44,009 nucleotides of DNA from the sequence record SRR20825010_1978, one strand, 5' to 3'. Positions 8,218 to 17,366 of this stretch are shown in pieces; position 1 is the stretch's first letter, and each line of letters opens with the position of its first letter. A model generated the notes under the pieces. The model searched no databases. It saw nothing but the letters and a program-made list of their open reading frames with translations, and was not told the DNA's origin. The translations under genes and the position numbers were made by a program.

Positions 8218-10188
8218 ATGAGCTTTGAAAAAATCCTGATTGCCAACCGTGGCGAGATTGCCTGCCGGGTCATCGCCACCGCCCAGTCCCTGGGCTACCG
8301 GACCGTGGCGGTCTATTCCGAGCCGGATGCCGGTGCCCGTCATGTGCAACTGGCTGACGAAGCGGTTTGTATCGGCCCGGCCCTGGCCAGCGCTTCCTAC
8401 CTGAACATGGACGCCTTGCTCGCCGCCTGCCAGCAAACCGGCGCTGATGCGGTGCATCCCGGTTACGGCTTTCTCTCCGAAAATGCTGCTTTTTCCAAGG
8501 CATGCAAAGAGGCGGGCATTACCTTTATCGGCCCCGATGAAGACGCCATTCAGCTGATGGGCTCCAAACGGCTTTCCAAGATTGCCATGCAGGACGCCGG
8601 TGTGCCGTGTATCCCCGGCTACCAGGGCGAAGAACAAAGTGACGAACGCTTACAGCAGGAAGCCGAACGTATCGGCCTGCCCTTGATGATCAAAGCCAGT
8701 GCCGGCGGTGGCGGTCGGGGTATGCGCGTGGTCACCGACGCAGGGGATATCAGCGCACAGCTGAAAAGCGCCCGTCAGGAAGCCAAGAACGCGTTCGGCA
8801 GTGACGAGCTGATCCTGGAACGCGCCGTGCTGCAGCCCCGGCATGTGGAAATTCAGGTATTCGGTGACCGCCACGGCAACGTGATCCATCTGGGCGAGCG
8901 CGACTGCTCCGTGCAACGCCGCCACCAGAAAGTGGTGGAAGAAGCGCCCTCCCCGGCAGTGGACGAGTCCCTGCGCCAACGCATGGGCGAGGCCGCCGTA
9001 CAGGCCGCCAAGGCCTGCCAGTATGTGGGCGCCGGCACGGTGGAATTCCTGCTTGCTCCGGAGGGCGACTTCTTCTTCCTGGAAATGAACACTCGCCTGC
9101 AGGTAGAGCATCCGGTCACCGAGCTGGTCACCGGTCTGGATCTGGTCGCCTGGCAAATCAAGGTCGCTAGAGGTGAAGCCCTGCCACTAACCCAGGACCA
9201 GGTACAGCTCACCGGCCATGCCATGGAAGTGCGCCTCTATGCGGAAGATCCGGCGCAAAATTACATGCCACAGACCGGCCCGGTATTGCGCTGGCAACCG
9301 GCCAGAGGTGACGGAATTCGCATCGACCACGGCCTGGTGGAAGGCGCCGAGATTGGCAGCCATTACGACCCCATGCTGGCCAAGATCATTGCCGTGGGTG
9401 ATAGCCGCGAAGACGCCCGCCGCCGCCTGATTCGTGCCGTGCAAGACACCACCCTGATGGGCGTCAACGACAACCGTCAGTTCCTGGCAGCGATCCTCGC
9501 CCATCCAGTTTTTGCCCGTGGTGACGCAACTACCGCCTTTATTGGGGATGACTTTGCCGACGACAGCAGCCTGGCCGGCGATGCCCCGGACGCCCTGTTA
9601 TGGGCACTGGCTGCCCTGTATCACTGTCGCAGCGAAACCCCCTCTGATGCCCTGCGCGGCTGGCACTCCAGCACCTTGGGCGCACAGCCGGTCACCCTGC
9701 GCTGCGGCGAGCACACCCAGACTCTCTACATTCGCTATCAGGATGACGCGGCACAAATCAGCGTCAGCGATGCGGCACCAGCCATCACTCTGGCACCACT
9801 CAGCGACAACCGCGTGGCTGTCAACGGCGTCGCTGTGGACGTCACCGTGTTACAGGATGGCAAGCAATACTGGCTGCAATGTCAGGGCCGCACCGCCTGC
9901 TTCACCGATGATACCCATACCGCAGCCGGCAGCAGCGACCAGGCCGGTTCCGGCCTGATCCGAGCCCCCATGGACGGCGCCATTATCGACGTGAACGTGA
10001 AAGCCGGCGATACCGTCAGCAAGGGGCAGGTTCTGGTGGTCATGGAGGCCATGAAAATGGAACACAGCCTGAAAGCAGACTGCGACGGCAAGGTAGAGGC
10101 GCTCGATCTGAGCCCCGGCAGCCAGGTAAAACGCCAGCAATTGCTGGTTACCGTCACCCCGGATGCAGCTGTCACATCCGGTCAGTGA
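8218..10188 (+). CDS. atuF: geranyl-CoA carboxylase alpha subunit (biotin carboxylase plus biotin carrier)
   Basis: KILIANRGEIA, HPGYGFLSENA, EMNTRLQVEHPVTE and the C-terminal EAMKM biotinylation motif. Confidence 0.92.
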   Translation: MSFEKILIANRGEIACRVIATAQSLGYRTVAVYSEPDAGARHVQLADEAVCIGPALASASYLNMDALLAACQQTGADAVHPGYGFLSENAAFSKACKEAGITFIGPDEDAIQLMGSKRLSKIAMQDAGVPCIPGYQGEEQSDERLQQEAERIGLPLMIKASAGGGGRGMRVVTDAGDISAQLKSARQEAKNAFGSDELILERAVLQPRHVEIQVFGDRHGNVIHLGERDCSVQRRHQKVVEEAPSPAVDESLRQRMGEAAVQAAKACQYVGAGTVEFLLAPEGDFFFLEMNTRLQVEHPVTELVTGLDLVAWQIKVARGEALPLTQDQVQLTGHAMEVRLYAEDPAQNYMPQTGPVLRWQPARGDGIRIDHGLVEGAEIGSHYDPMLAKIIAVGDSREDARRRLIRAVQDTTLMGVNDNRQFLAAILAHPVFARGDATTAFIGDDFADDSSLAGDAPDALLWALAALYHCRSETPSDALRGWHSSTLGAQPVTLRCGEHTQTLYIRYQDDAAQISVSDAAPAITLAPLSDNRVAVNGVAVDVTVLQDGKQYWLQCQGRTACFTDDTHTAAGSSDQAGSGLIRAPMDGAIIDVNVKAGDTVSKGQVLVVMEAMKMEHSLKADCDGKVEALDLSPGSQVKRQQLLVTVTPDAAVTSGQ

Positions 10189-10400
10189 CAATTTAGCCAC
10201 GGAGAGGGATGCTCCGCTGTGCTCCAATAATTTGCACCGGGCAAATTGGGCCAAAACGGGTCCCGACAATTTCCCCGGGCACTGCCACCGGGCAGGGCGC
10301 TTGCCCTGCCCTGGTGCTACGGTTAAGGTAAGCGCCCGCTTGCCAACACTGGGCTCCCGGCTTTTCCGGGCCTTCCAAGAACACAGACAATGGAGATCCT

Positions 10401-12230
10401 ATGAGCAACGCCGACATCATCACGTTGCCCAAGCTTCTGTCCAAGGTTCCAGAGGTAATCACCAATCTTCCCGGCCTGATCAAGGGCTCGAAGATGGCGA
10501 AAATCACTGACACCAGCAAGCCATTGGGGCTGGGCGTTGCTATCGAGCGCGCCACCAGCATGAACCCGAATGGCGCTGCCGTGATCTACCAGGACACAGA
10601 ACTTACTTACAAGCAGTTCAACGCCTGGGCCAACCGCCTGGCAGACTATCTGGCCTCTATCGGCCTGAAAAAAGGCGATACCGTTGCCGTCAACGTGGAA
10701 AACCGCCCCGAGCTATTGGCCACTGTTCTTGCCTGCGCCAAACTGGGCGTCTGTGCGGCCCTGATCAATACCTCCCAGCGCGGCAAGGTACTGATCCATA
10801 GTTTCAATCTGGTGAAACCCAAAGCCGCCATCGTTGGCGAAGAATTGATTGATGCCGTGGAAGAAGTCCGCGGTGATCTGGATCTGAAAGACAATTTCTT
10901 CTTCTTTGCGGATCAGAACACCCTGGAAAACCCCGGTGAAGCCCCGGCGGGTTACAAAAACCTGGCCAGCGAAAGCCGTGACTGCTCCAGTGAGAACCCG
11001 GCGTCCAGCAAGCAGACATTCCTGCGCGACCCGCTGTTCTACATTTATACCTCCGGCACCACTGGTCTGCCCAAGGCGGTGGTCTTCAACCACGGCCGCT
11101 GGGAAAAAGCCTATGGTGGCTTCGGCTTCTCCGCCGTACGCCTGACCAAGGATGACCGCATCTACACCACCCTGCCGTTCTACCACGCCACCGGCATGGT
11201 GATCTGCTGGGCGTCCGTGATCGCCAGTGCCGGCGCCATTGTCATTGCGCGTAAATTCTCCGCCAGTGGCTTCTGGGACGACATCCGTCGCCATAACTGT
11301 ACCGCCTTCGGCTATGTCGGCGAGCTGTGCCGTTACCTGCACGAACAACCAGAGAAGCCGAACGATCAGGACAACAAGGTCCACACCATCGTCGGTAACG
11401 GCCTGCGCCCGAGCATCTGGAAAGACTTCAAGAACCGCTTCGGCATTGATCGTGTGGTCGAGCTGTATGCCTCCTCGGAAGGCAACGTGGCTTTCACCAA
11501 CGTGTTCAACTTCGACAACACAGTGGGTTTCTCCCCGGTCAGCTACGCCATCGTCAAATACGACAAAGAGCGTGACGAGCCAGTGCGTGACAGCAAAGGC
11601 CACATGATCAAGGTCGGCAAGGGTGAATCCGGGCTGATGCTGGGCGAGATCACCGAGAAAACTCCTTTCGACGGCTACACCGACCCGGAGAAAACAGAGA
11701 AATCCATCTACCGTGATGTCTTTGCCAAAGGTGATGCCTGGTTCAACACCGGCGACATGATGCGCGATATCGGTTTCCGCCACGCCCAGTTTGTGGACCG
11801 CCTGGGGGATACCTTCCGCTGGAAAGGTGAAAACGTATCCACCACCGAAGTGGAACAGATTCTTGATGGCTACGACGGCATCCAGGAATCCGTGGTCTAC
11901 GGTGTGGAAATTCCCAACACCAACGGCCGTGCCGGCATGGGCCAGATCCGCCTGACCGGTAACCACAGCGACTTCGACTTCGAGGGCCTGTGTGCCTACC
12001 TGAAGCGGGAATTGCCGCCTTATGCCATTCCGGTTTTCCTGCGTATCAACGAAGAAGCCATGGAAACCACTGGCACCTTCAAGCACCAGAAAAACAAGCT
12101 CAAGGAACAGAAGTATGACCTGAGCCAACAAAGCAACGCGGTGTACGCGCTGCTACCTGGTGAAAGCTGCTACCAGAAACTGGACGAAGCCACGCAAAAC
12201 GGCATCGACAGTGGTGAGTACCGCTTCTAG
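10401..12230 (+). CDS. FATP/very-long-chain-type acyl-CoA synthetase
   Basis: AMP-binding YIYTSGTTGLPKA and the FATP signature DRLGDTFRWKGENVSTTEVE. GGAG RBS. Confidence 0.9.
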   Translation: MSNADIITLPKLLSKVPEVITNLPGLIKGSKMAKITDTSKPLGLGVAIERATSMNPNGAAVIYQDTELTYKQFNAWANRLADYLASIGLKKGDTVAVNVENRPELLATVLACAKLGVCAALINTSQRGKVLIHSFNLVKPKAAIVGEELIDAVEEVRGDLDLKDNFFFFADQNTLENPGEAPAGYKNLASESRDCSSENPASSKQTFLRDPLFYIYTSGTTGLPKAVVFNHGRWEKAYGGFGFSAVRLTKDDRIYTTLPFYHATGMVICWASVIASAGAIVIARKFSASGFWDDIRRHNCTAFGYVGELCRYLHEQPEKPNDQDNKVHTIVGNGLRPSIWKDFKNRFGIDRVVELYASSEGNVAFTNVFNFDNTVGFSPVSYAIVKYDKERDEPVRDSKGHMIKVGKGESGLMLGEITEKTPFDGYTDPEKTEKSIYRDVFAKGDAWFNTGDMMRDIGFRHAQFVDRLGDTFRWKGENVSTTEVEQILDGYDGIQESVVYGVEIPNTNGRAGMGQIRLTGNHSDFDFEGLCAYLKRELPPYAIPVFLRINEEAMETTGTFKHQKNKLKEQKYDLSQQSNAVYALLPGESCYQKLDEATQNGIDSGEYRF

Positions 12231-12251
12231 CGCACTCGCTGCAAAGAAGCA

Positions 12252-12281
12252 CAAAAAAGGCGCCTCACGGCGCCTTTTTTG
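12252..12281. terminator. bidirectional intrinsic terminator
   Basis: CAAAAAAGGCGCC-TCAC-GGCGCCTTTTTTG. Confidence 0.88.
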
Positions 12282-12373
12282 GTTCTGCACAGTCCACAGA
12301 TAAACACATCGCAGGCACCAGCCTGTTAACACTTGCACGGCACTCAGCTGTAACGACTCAATCACCAGCTCAG

Positions 12374-13062
12374 TTACTCACACCCACCTTTCTATCCACG
12401 ACATCTGTGGATAACACTGTTAGCGAGTGTCGGATAACGCGACCAAAGCCAGCCATGGCGGGCCATCCAGCGATTTGCGTGGTTTTTCACCAAGCTGACA
12501 CAGGCTCGGAAAAGCGACGAAAGGTCAAGCCCGTCAGGACTTTTTTCTGTGCTGGGGATTATTCCACAAAAGCTGTGCATAACTTTGTGAACAACCTGAC
12601 TAAAAGCCGCCGAAGCGCCCGGCATACGCCGCTTCCCCCAAACTGGTTTATTTTTACGCTAATCATAAACCATTGATTATTCAGTGACTTATTGGTGCTT
12701 TTTTACACTACTCACAGAGAGAGGTTGGCCCGGTTGGCAAAATGGCGGGAGTAATCAGCTTGTGCAAAAGCGTCAGACAAATCATATATCTGTCATAACA
12801 AACCTGTGTTTTCGGTCTATGGCGAATCAGTGTGTTCCTGGCTGGCAGACTTTTTCCACAGATCCTGTGGGTAACCCTGTGCATAGACGGTAGAAAACAT
12901 TGCAACATCACCCAAAAATCACGCCTCAGGACGACATGACTGTTTTTTAACCAATCTTTTTTTTATTTTTAAATCATGAGGTTACGCTATTTTTTATGGG
13001 TTTTTAACGTAGTTGTCATTTTTTTCAGCAGAAAAAGAGCATTGACAAAAAACTGTGTACAA
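12374..13062. promoter_or_regulatory. DnaA-box cluster with IHF/Fis-like sites (DARS-like)
   Basis: Three units of box, 5 bp, inverted box, 3 bp, box at 12392-12426, 12560-12594 and 12852-12886. Extra boxes at 12374, 12761 and 13054. Perfect IHF consensus at 12666-12678 (minus strand). Confidence 0.75.
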
Positions 13063-13153
13063 AATTGGGGCAGCCACACGTTACCAAGGGTGACACCCTG
13101 GTACAGCCGTGCATATAACAGGCCACTTTCCTTTTCCTCTATCCGGTTCGCCA

Positions 13154-13200
13154 CTGCCACCCTGCCCCTCAAGCACACACCTTCAGGGCAAGAGTGGCAG
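13154..13200. other. stem-loop just downstream of gcdH
   Basis: CTGCCACCCTGCCC...GGGCAAGAGTGGCAG imperfect inverted repeat with no U-tract. Confidence 0.4.
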
Positions 13201-13205
13201 AGTTG

Positions 13206-14372
13206 TTAGCCGAAGGCCTGCAAGCCGGTCTGTGCCCGGCCCAGTATCAAGGCGTGAACATCGTGCGTACCTTCGTAGGTATTTACCGCTTCCAGGTTCA
13301 TCACATGGCGAATCACATGGTATTCATCGCTGATCCCATTGCCGCCATGCATGTCACGGGCCTGACGGGCGATATCAATGGCCTTGCCACAATTATTGCG
13401 CTTCATCAGCGAGACCATTTCCGGTGACCAGTCTCCTGCATCCATCAACCGGCCCAGCTGCAAGGCGCCCTGCAGACCCAGGGTGATCTCAGTTTGCATA
13501 TCCGCCAGCTTTTTCTGTATCAGCTGAGTCGCCGCCAATGGACGGCCAAACTGTTTGCGGTCCAGGGTGTACTGGCGAGCCGCCTGCCAACAGAATTCCG
13601 CCGCGCCCATGGCGCCCCAGCTAATCCCGTAGCGCGCCTTGTTCAGGCAGCTGAACGGCCCCTTCAGGCCTTCCACGTCTAACCGGTTTTCTTCCGGCAC
13701 AAAGCAATCGTCCAGCGAGATCTGCCCGGTGATGGAGGCACGCAGAGAGAACTTGCCTTCGATCTTCGGCGTGCTGAAGCCGTCAAAGCCCCGCTCCACT
13801 ACAAAGCCGTTGATCTTGCCGTCCAGGTTGGCCCACACCACCGCCACATCCGCAATCGGCGAATTGGTAATCCAGGTCTTGGCCCCATTGAGCAGGTAAC
13901 CCCCATCCACTTTTTTGGCACGGGTGCTCATGGAGCCCGGGTCTGAACCGTGGTCCGGCTCGGTCAGGCCAAAGCAGCCCACCCATTCACCGGTGGCAAG
14001 CCTGGGCAGGTATTTCTCGCGCACCGCTTCACTGCCGAAGGTGTAGATAGGGAACATCACCAGGGACGACTGCACGCTCATGGCTGAACGGTAACCGGAA
14101 TCCACCCGCTCCACTTCACGGGCAACCAGGCCATAACTGACATGGTTTACGCCGGCGCCACCATATTGCTCAGGAATGGTGGGGCCGAGAAAGCCCAGTG
14201 CGCCCATTTCCGTCATGATTTCCCGGTGGAAAATCTCGTGACGGTTCGCCTCAAGCACGCGCGTCATCAACTTGCTCTGGCAGTAGTCCTGCGCCGCATC
14301 ACGGATCATTCGCTCGTCTTCAGTGAGCTGGGTTTCCAGCAACAAGGGGTCTTTCCAGTCAAATCTCTGCAT
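13206..14372 (-). CDS. gcdH: glutaryl-CoA dehydrogenase
   Basis: [11 protein letters not shown]-terminus, [47 protein letters not shown] at 14372 after AGGA. Confidence 0.92.
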   Translation of the reverse strand: MQRFDWKDPLLLETQLTEDERMIRDAAQDYCQSKLMTRVLEANRHEIFHREIMTEMGALGFLGPTIPEQYGGAGVNHVSYGLVAREVERVDSGYRSAMSVQSSLVMFPIYTFGSEAVREKYLPRLATGEWVGCFGLTEPDHGSDPGSMSTRAKKVDGGYLLNGAKTWITNSPIADVAVVWANLDGKINGFVVERGFDGFSTPKIEGKFSLRASITGQISLDDCFVPEENRLDVEGLKGPFSCLNKARYGISWGAMGAAEFCWQAARQYTLDRKQFGRPLAATQLIQKKLADMQTEITLGLQGALQLGRLMDAGDWSPEMVSLMKRNNCGKAIDIARQARDMHGGNGISDEYHVIRHVMNLEAVNTYEGTHDVHALILGRAQTGLQAFG

Positions 14373-14402
14373 CTTCAATCCTGTTCAAGTCATTCCTGTA
14401 AG

Positions 14403-14469
14403 GCGGAGATCGGCTTACGCTGATTTCCGCTCTATCGGGTTTTCGTTATTCACTATTAATTATTCACTG
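14403..14469. repeat. REP-like hairpin plus solo heptamer arm
   Basis: GCGGAGATCGGC-TTAC-GCTGATTTCCGC (14403-14430). Minus strand CAGTGAA TAATTAA TAGTGAA TAACGAA (14469-14442). Confidence 0.55.
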
Positions 14470-15666
14470 TCTTTCAATCACCATGGCCACACCCTGGCCC
14501 ACCCCGATACACAGGCTCACCAGTGCATAGCGACCGCCAGTGGCTTCCAGCTGCCGCGTGGCGGTGAGCGCCAGGCGGGCGCCGGAGGCACCCAGCGGAT
14601 GGCCCACGGCGATAGCGCCGCCATTCGGGTTCAGGCGTTCATCATCGCCGGCCAGCCCCAGCTGCTTACAGCAACCCAACACCTGGGCGGCGAATGCCTC
14701 ATTGATTTCGATGACATCCATCTGCTCCAGCCTCAGGCCGGCCCTGGCCAATGCCTTGTTACAGGCCTCAACCGGCCCCAACCCCATGACGCGAGGCGCC
14801 ACACCAGCAACGGCCCCCGCCAGAATACGGGCACGCGGTGCAATGCCAGCCGCTTCTCCGGCCGCTCGGGAGCCCACGATCAGCGCCGCCGCCCCATCAT
14901 TGACCCCCGACGCATTGCCGGCAGTAATCACCCCACCGTCTACAATCGCAGGCAGTTTGGCCAGCTTATCCACGCCGGTTCCCGGACGCGGGTGCTCGTC
15001 GTCAGTCACCGTCAGTGGATCTTTCTTGCGGCCCTGCGGCACCGTTACCGGTGTCATTTCTTCACGGAAGAAGCCCCGCTCGCGGGCGTCCTCGTAGCGC
15101 TGCTGGGATCGGGCGGCAAAGGCGTCCGCGGATTCACGGCTGATAGCCAGATCCTCAGCCACATTCTGGGCCGTCTCCGGCATGGTATCGTCGCCAAACT
15201 GCTGGAGGATTGCCGGGTTGGGGAAACGGGCACCAATGGTGCTGTCGAAAATCGTCATGTCCCGGCTGAAGGCTTTCTCTGCCTTGGCCATGACAAAGGG
15301 GGCGCGGCTCATGGATTCCGTGCCGCCGGCGATAACCAGATCGCCCTCACCCACGGTGACCATACGGGCGGCATCCAGGGTCGCGGCCAGGCCACTGCCA
15401 CAAAGCCGGTTCACAGTAATTCCAGCCACCGATTCCGGCAGACCCGCGAGCAGGCCGGCATGGCGAGCCACGTTACGGGCATCCTCACCGGCCTGGTTGG
15501 TGTTGCCGATGACCACGTCTTCAAAGCCCGCAGGCTCGAAACGATTACGCTGCACCAGCTCGCGGATCACCCCGGCCAGCAAATCATCCGGCCGCACCGG
15601 CGCCAGCGCGCCACCGTGGCGGCCAAAGGGGGTTCGCAGACCATCGTAAATATAGGCATCAAGCAT
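14464..15666 (-). CDS. 3-oxoadipyl-CoA/acetyl-CoA C-acyltransferase (PcaF/PaaJ-type thiolase)
   Basis: NQAGEDARNVAR, NRLCGSGL, NEAFA, GHPLGASG and CIGVGQG motifs. Start MLDAYIYDG after GGAGA. Confidence 0.9.
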   Translation of the reverse strand: MLDAYIYDGLRTPFGRHGGALAPVRPDDLLAGVIRELVQRNRFEPAGFEDVVIGNTNQAGEDARNVARHAGLLAGLPESVAGITVNRLCGSGLAATLDAARMVTVGEGDLVIAGGTESMSRAPFVMAKAEKAFSRDMTIFDSTIGARFPNPAILQQFGDDTMPETAQNVAEDLAISRESADAFAARSQQRYEDARERGFFREEMTPVTVPQGRKKDPLTVTDDEHPRPGTGVDKLAKLPAIVDGGVITAGNASGVNDGAAALIVGSRAAGEAAGIAPRARILAGAVAGVAPRVMGLGPVEACNKALARAGLRLEQMDVIEINEAFAAQVLGCCKQLGLAGDDERLNPNGGAIAVGHPLGASGARLALTATRQLEATGGRYALVSLCIGVGQGVAMVIERQ

Positions 15667-15682
15667 AAGCATTCTCCGAATG

Positions 15683-15837
15683 TGCAGCAGGCTCCACGCA
15701 ACACGCAACAACGCGTTAACACCCCTGATCAGAAGCCACCGCCGTGCCGCGAATCCGGGGCCGGACGCGACCACCAAGAGACAGTCCAATCCACTGACTT
15801 ACAGCGTGTTGTTGCGTGCAGCTTGAAGCGTGCCGCA
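15683..15837. repeat. heptamer-arm inverted-repeat element C (GCWNCAM-like units, 155 bp)
   Basis: Left arm GCAGCAG GCTCCAC GCAACAC GCAACAA CGCG; right arm CGTG TTGTTGC GTGCAGC TTGAAGC GTGCCGC. The arms match at 27/35 positions. Confidence 0.85.
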
Positions 15838-16017
15838 GCAAGCTCGTCCGCTATGCGGAATGATGTTTTGAAACTTGACGGGCAGAATAGGCCGTGACAG
15901 AGTGCGATGCAAGTGGTGCAACCGGGCAGTCGCAAGACATGCCTCCCCAGGCCGCAACCACCCAACAAGAGTCTGCCGTTACCGCCCCGAACCCCATTAT
16001 AGCCGCCGGACCCAGCC

Positions 16018-17175
16018 ATGATTCGTGATGCCGAAATTCTCTCGCAGTTGACTGACACCATTGCCCGTTTTGTACACGAACGACTCGTTCCCGCCGAACA
16101 GCAAGTGGCCGAAAGTGACGCCATTCCCGACGACATTATCGCCGACATGAAGGCCATGGGCCTGTTCGGATTGTCGATTCCGGAGGAGCTTGGCGGACTC
16201 GGGCTAACCATGGAAGAGGAAGTCATGGTGGCCTTTGAACTGGGTCGCACCTCCCCCGCGTTTCGCTCCCTCATGGGCACCAACAATGGTATCGGCGCCC
16301 AGGGCATCCTGATTGATGGCACCGACGAACAGAAACAAAAATACGTTCCCCAGCTCGCCACCGGGGACGTGATTGGCGCCTTCTGCCTGACCGAACCGGA
16401 CGTGGGCTCCGACTCCGGCGCAGTGAAAACCCGTGCCGACAAAGACGGCGATCACTATATCCTCAACGGCACCAAGCGCTTTATCACCAACGGCCCCCAT
16501 GCCGGCCTCTTTACCGTGATGGCGCGCACCAACCCGGATATCGCGGGCGGTGGCGGTGTTACCGCCTTTATCGTCGAGGGAGACACCCCCGGCATTCACC
16601 GCGGCAAGGCGGACGTGAAAATGGGCCAGAAAGGCGCCCACACCTGCGACATCATTTTTGAAAATTGCCGGGTCCCCGCAGAGAACATTATCGGCGGCCA
16701 GGAAGGCAAGGGGTTCAAAACCGCCATGAAAGTGCTGGACCGGGGCCGGCTGCATATTTCTGCCATCTGCGTGGGCGTTGCCTACCGGCTCATCGAGGAC
16801 GCGGTGAATTTTTCTGCCGAGCGCAAACAGTTCGGCAAGCCCATCATCGAGCACCAGCTGATTCAGGCCATGCTGGCTGACTCCCGGGCAGAAGCCTTCG
16901 CCGGCCGCTCCATGGTACTGGAAGCCGCCCGCAGCAAGGACCGGGGAGAACGGGTCAGCCTGGACGCCTCCTGCTGCAAGCTGTTCTGCTCGGAAATGGT
17001 AGGACGGGTGGCCGATCGTGCCGTGCAGATTCATGGCGGCGCAGGCTACATGGCGGACTATCCGGTGGAACGGTTCTATCGCGATGTGCGGCTGTTCCGT
17101 ATTTACGAAGGCACCACCCAGATTCAGCAGATAGTCATCGCCCGGGAACTGGCGCGGCAGGCGAAAAGCAGTTGA
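16018..17175 (+). CDS. acyl-CoA dehydrogenase
   Basis: FCLTEPDVGSD, GTKRFITN, QIHGGAGY and RIYEGTTQIQ motifs. Confidence 0.92.
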   Translation: MIRDAEILSQLTDTIARFVHERLVPAEQQVAESDAIPDDIIADMKAMGLFGLSIPEELGGLGLTMEEEVMVAFELGRTSPAFRSLMGTNNGIGAQGILIDGTDEQKQKYVPQLATGDVIGAFCLTEPDVGSDSGAVKTRADKDGDHYILNGTKRFITNGPHAGLFTVMARTNPDIAGGGGVTAFIVEGDTPGIHRGKADVKMGQKGAHTCDIIFENCRVPAENIIGGQEGKGFKTAMKVLDRGRLHISAICVGVAYRLIEDAVNFSAERKQFGKPIIEHQLIQAMLADSRAEAFAGRSMVLEAARSKDRGERVSLDASCCKLFCSEMVGRVADRAVQIHGGAGYMADYPVERFYRDVRLFRIYEGTTQIQQIVIARELARQAKSS

Positions 17176-17361
17176 ACGTTCAAAGTGGAAAGTTCAAAAG
17201 CGCGTTCCATGCCAAAGGTAACTGATGCAATCCGTGCCCGCGACCACTGGCCGATTCGCGATGCAAGCATCGCGAATAACATCGGTCGGCACGGCGCCGG
17301 CTTTGTTCAATCTGCAGCAACAGTGATTCGCGTTTCAACTTTGAACGTTACACTTTCAACT
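17170..17361. repeat. heptamer-arm inverted-repeat element A3 (192 bp)
   Basis: Left arm AGTTGAA CGTTCAA AGTGGAA AGTTCAA AAGCGCG; right arm CGCG T TTCAACT TTGAACG TTACACT TTCAACT. Internal perfect hairpin ATTCGCGATGC-AA-GCATCGCGAAT. Confidence 0.9.
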
Positions 17362-17366
17362 CATCC

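Noticed and set aside
10713-12131. 472-aa minus-strand ORF (likewise 1951-2988, 18915-19952, 19986-20999 and 34916-36076)
   Set aside because: These are antisense shadows of well-supported genes.
12282-13205. Chromosomal oriC
   Set aside because: No dnaA, dnaN, gidA, rpmH or parAB flank it and I see no clear tandem 13-mer unwinding element. The repeated triad layout fits DARS/datA better. It cannot be fully excluded without GC skew.
12392-13333. Several 60-90-aa ORFs in the DnaA-box region
   Set aside because: They overlap each other on both strands, have atypical composition and lack convincing RBSs. The region is better explained as regulatory DNA.
14323-15897. 524-aa plus-strand ORF
   Set aside because: It is the antisense shadow of the thiolase in GC-rich DNA, with no recognisable motifs.
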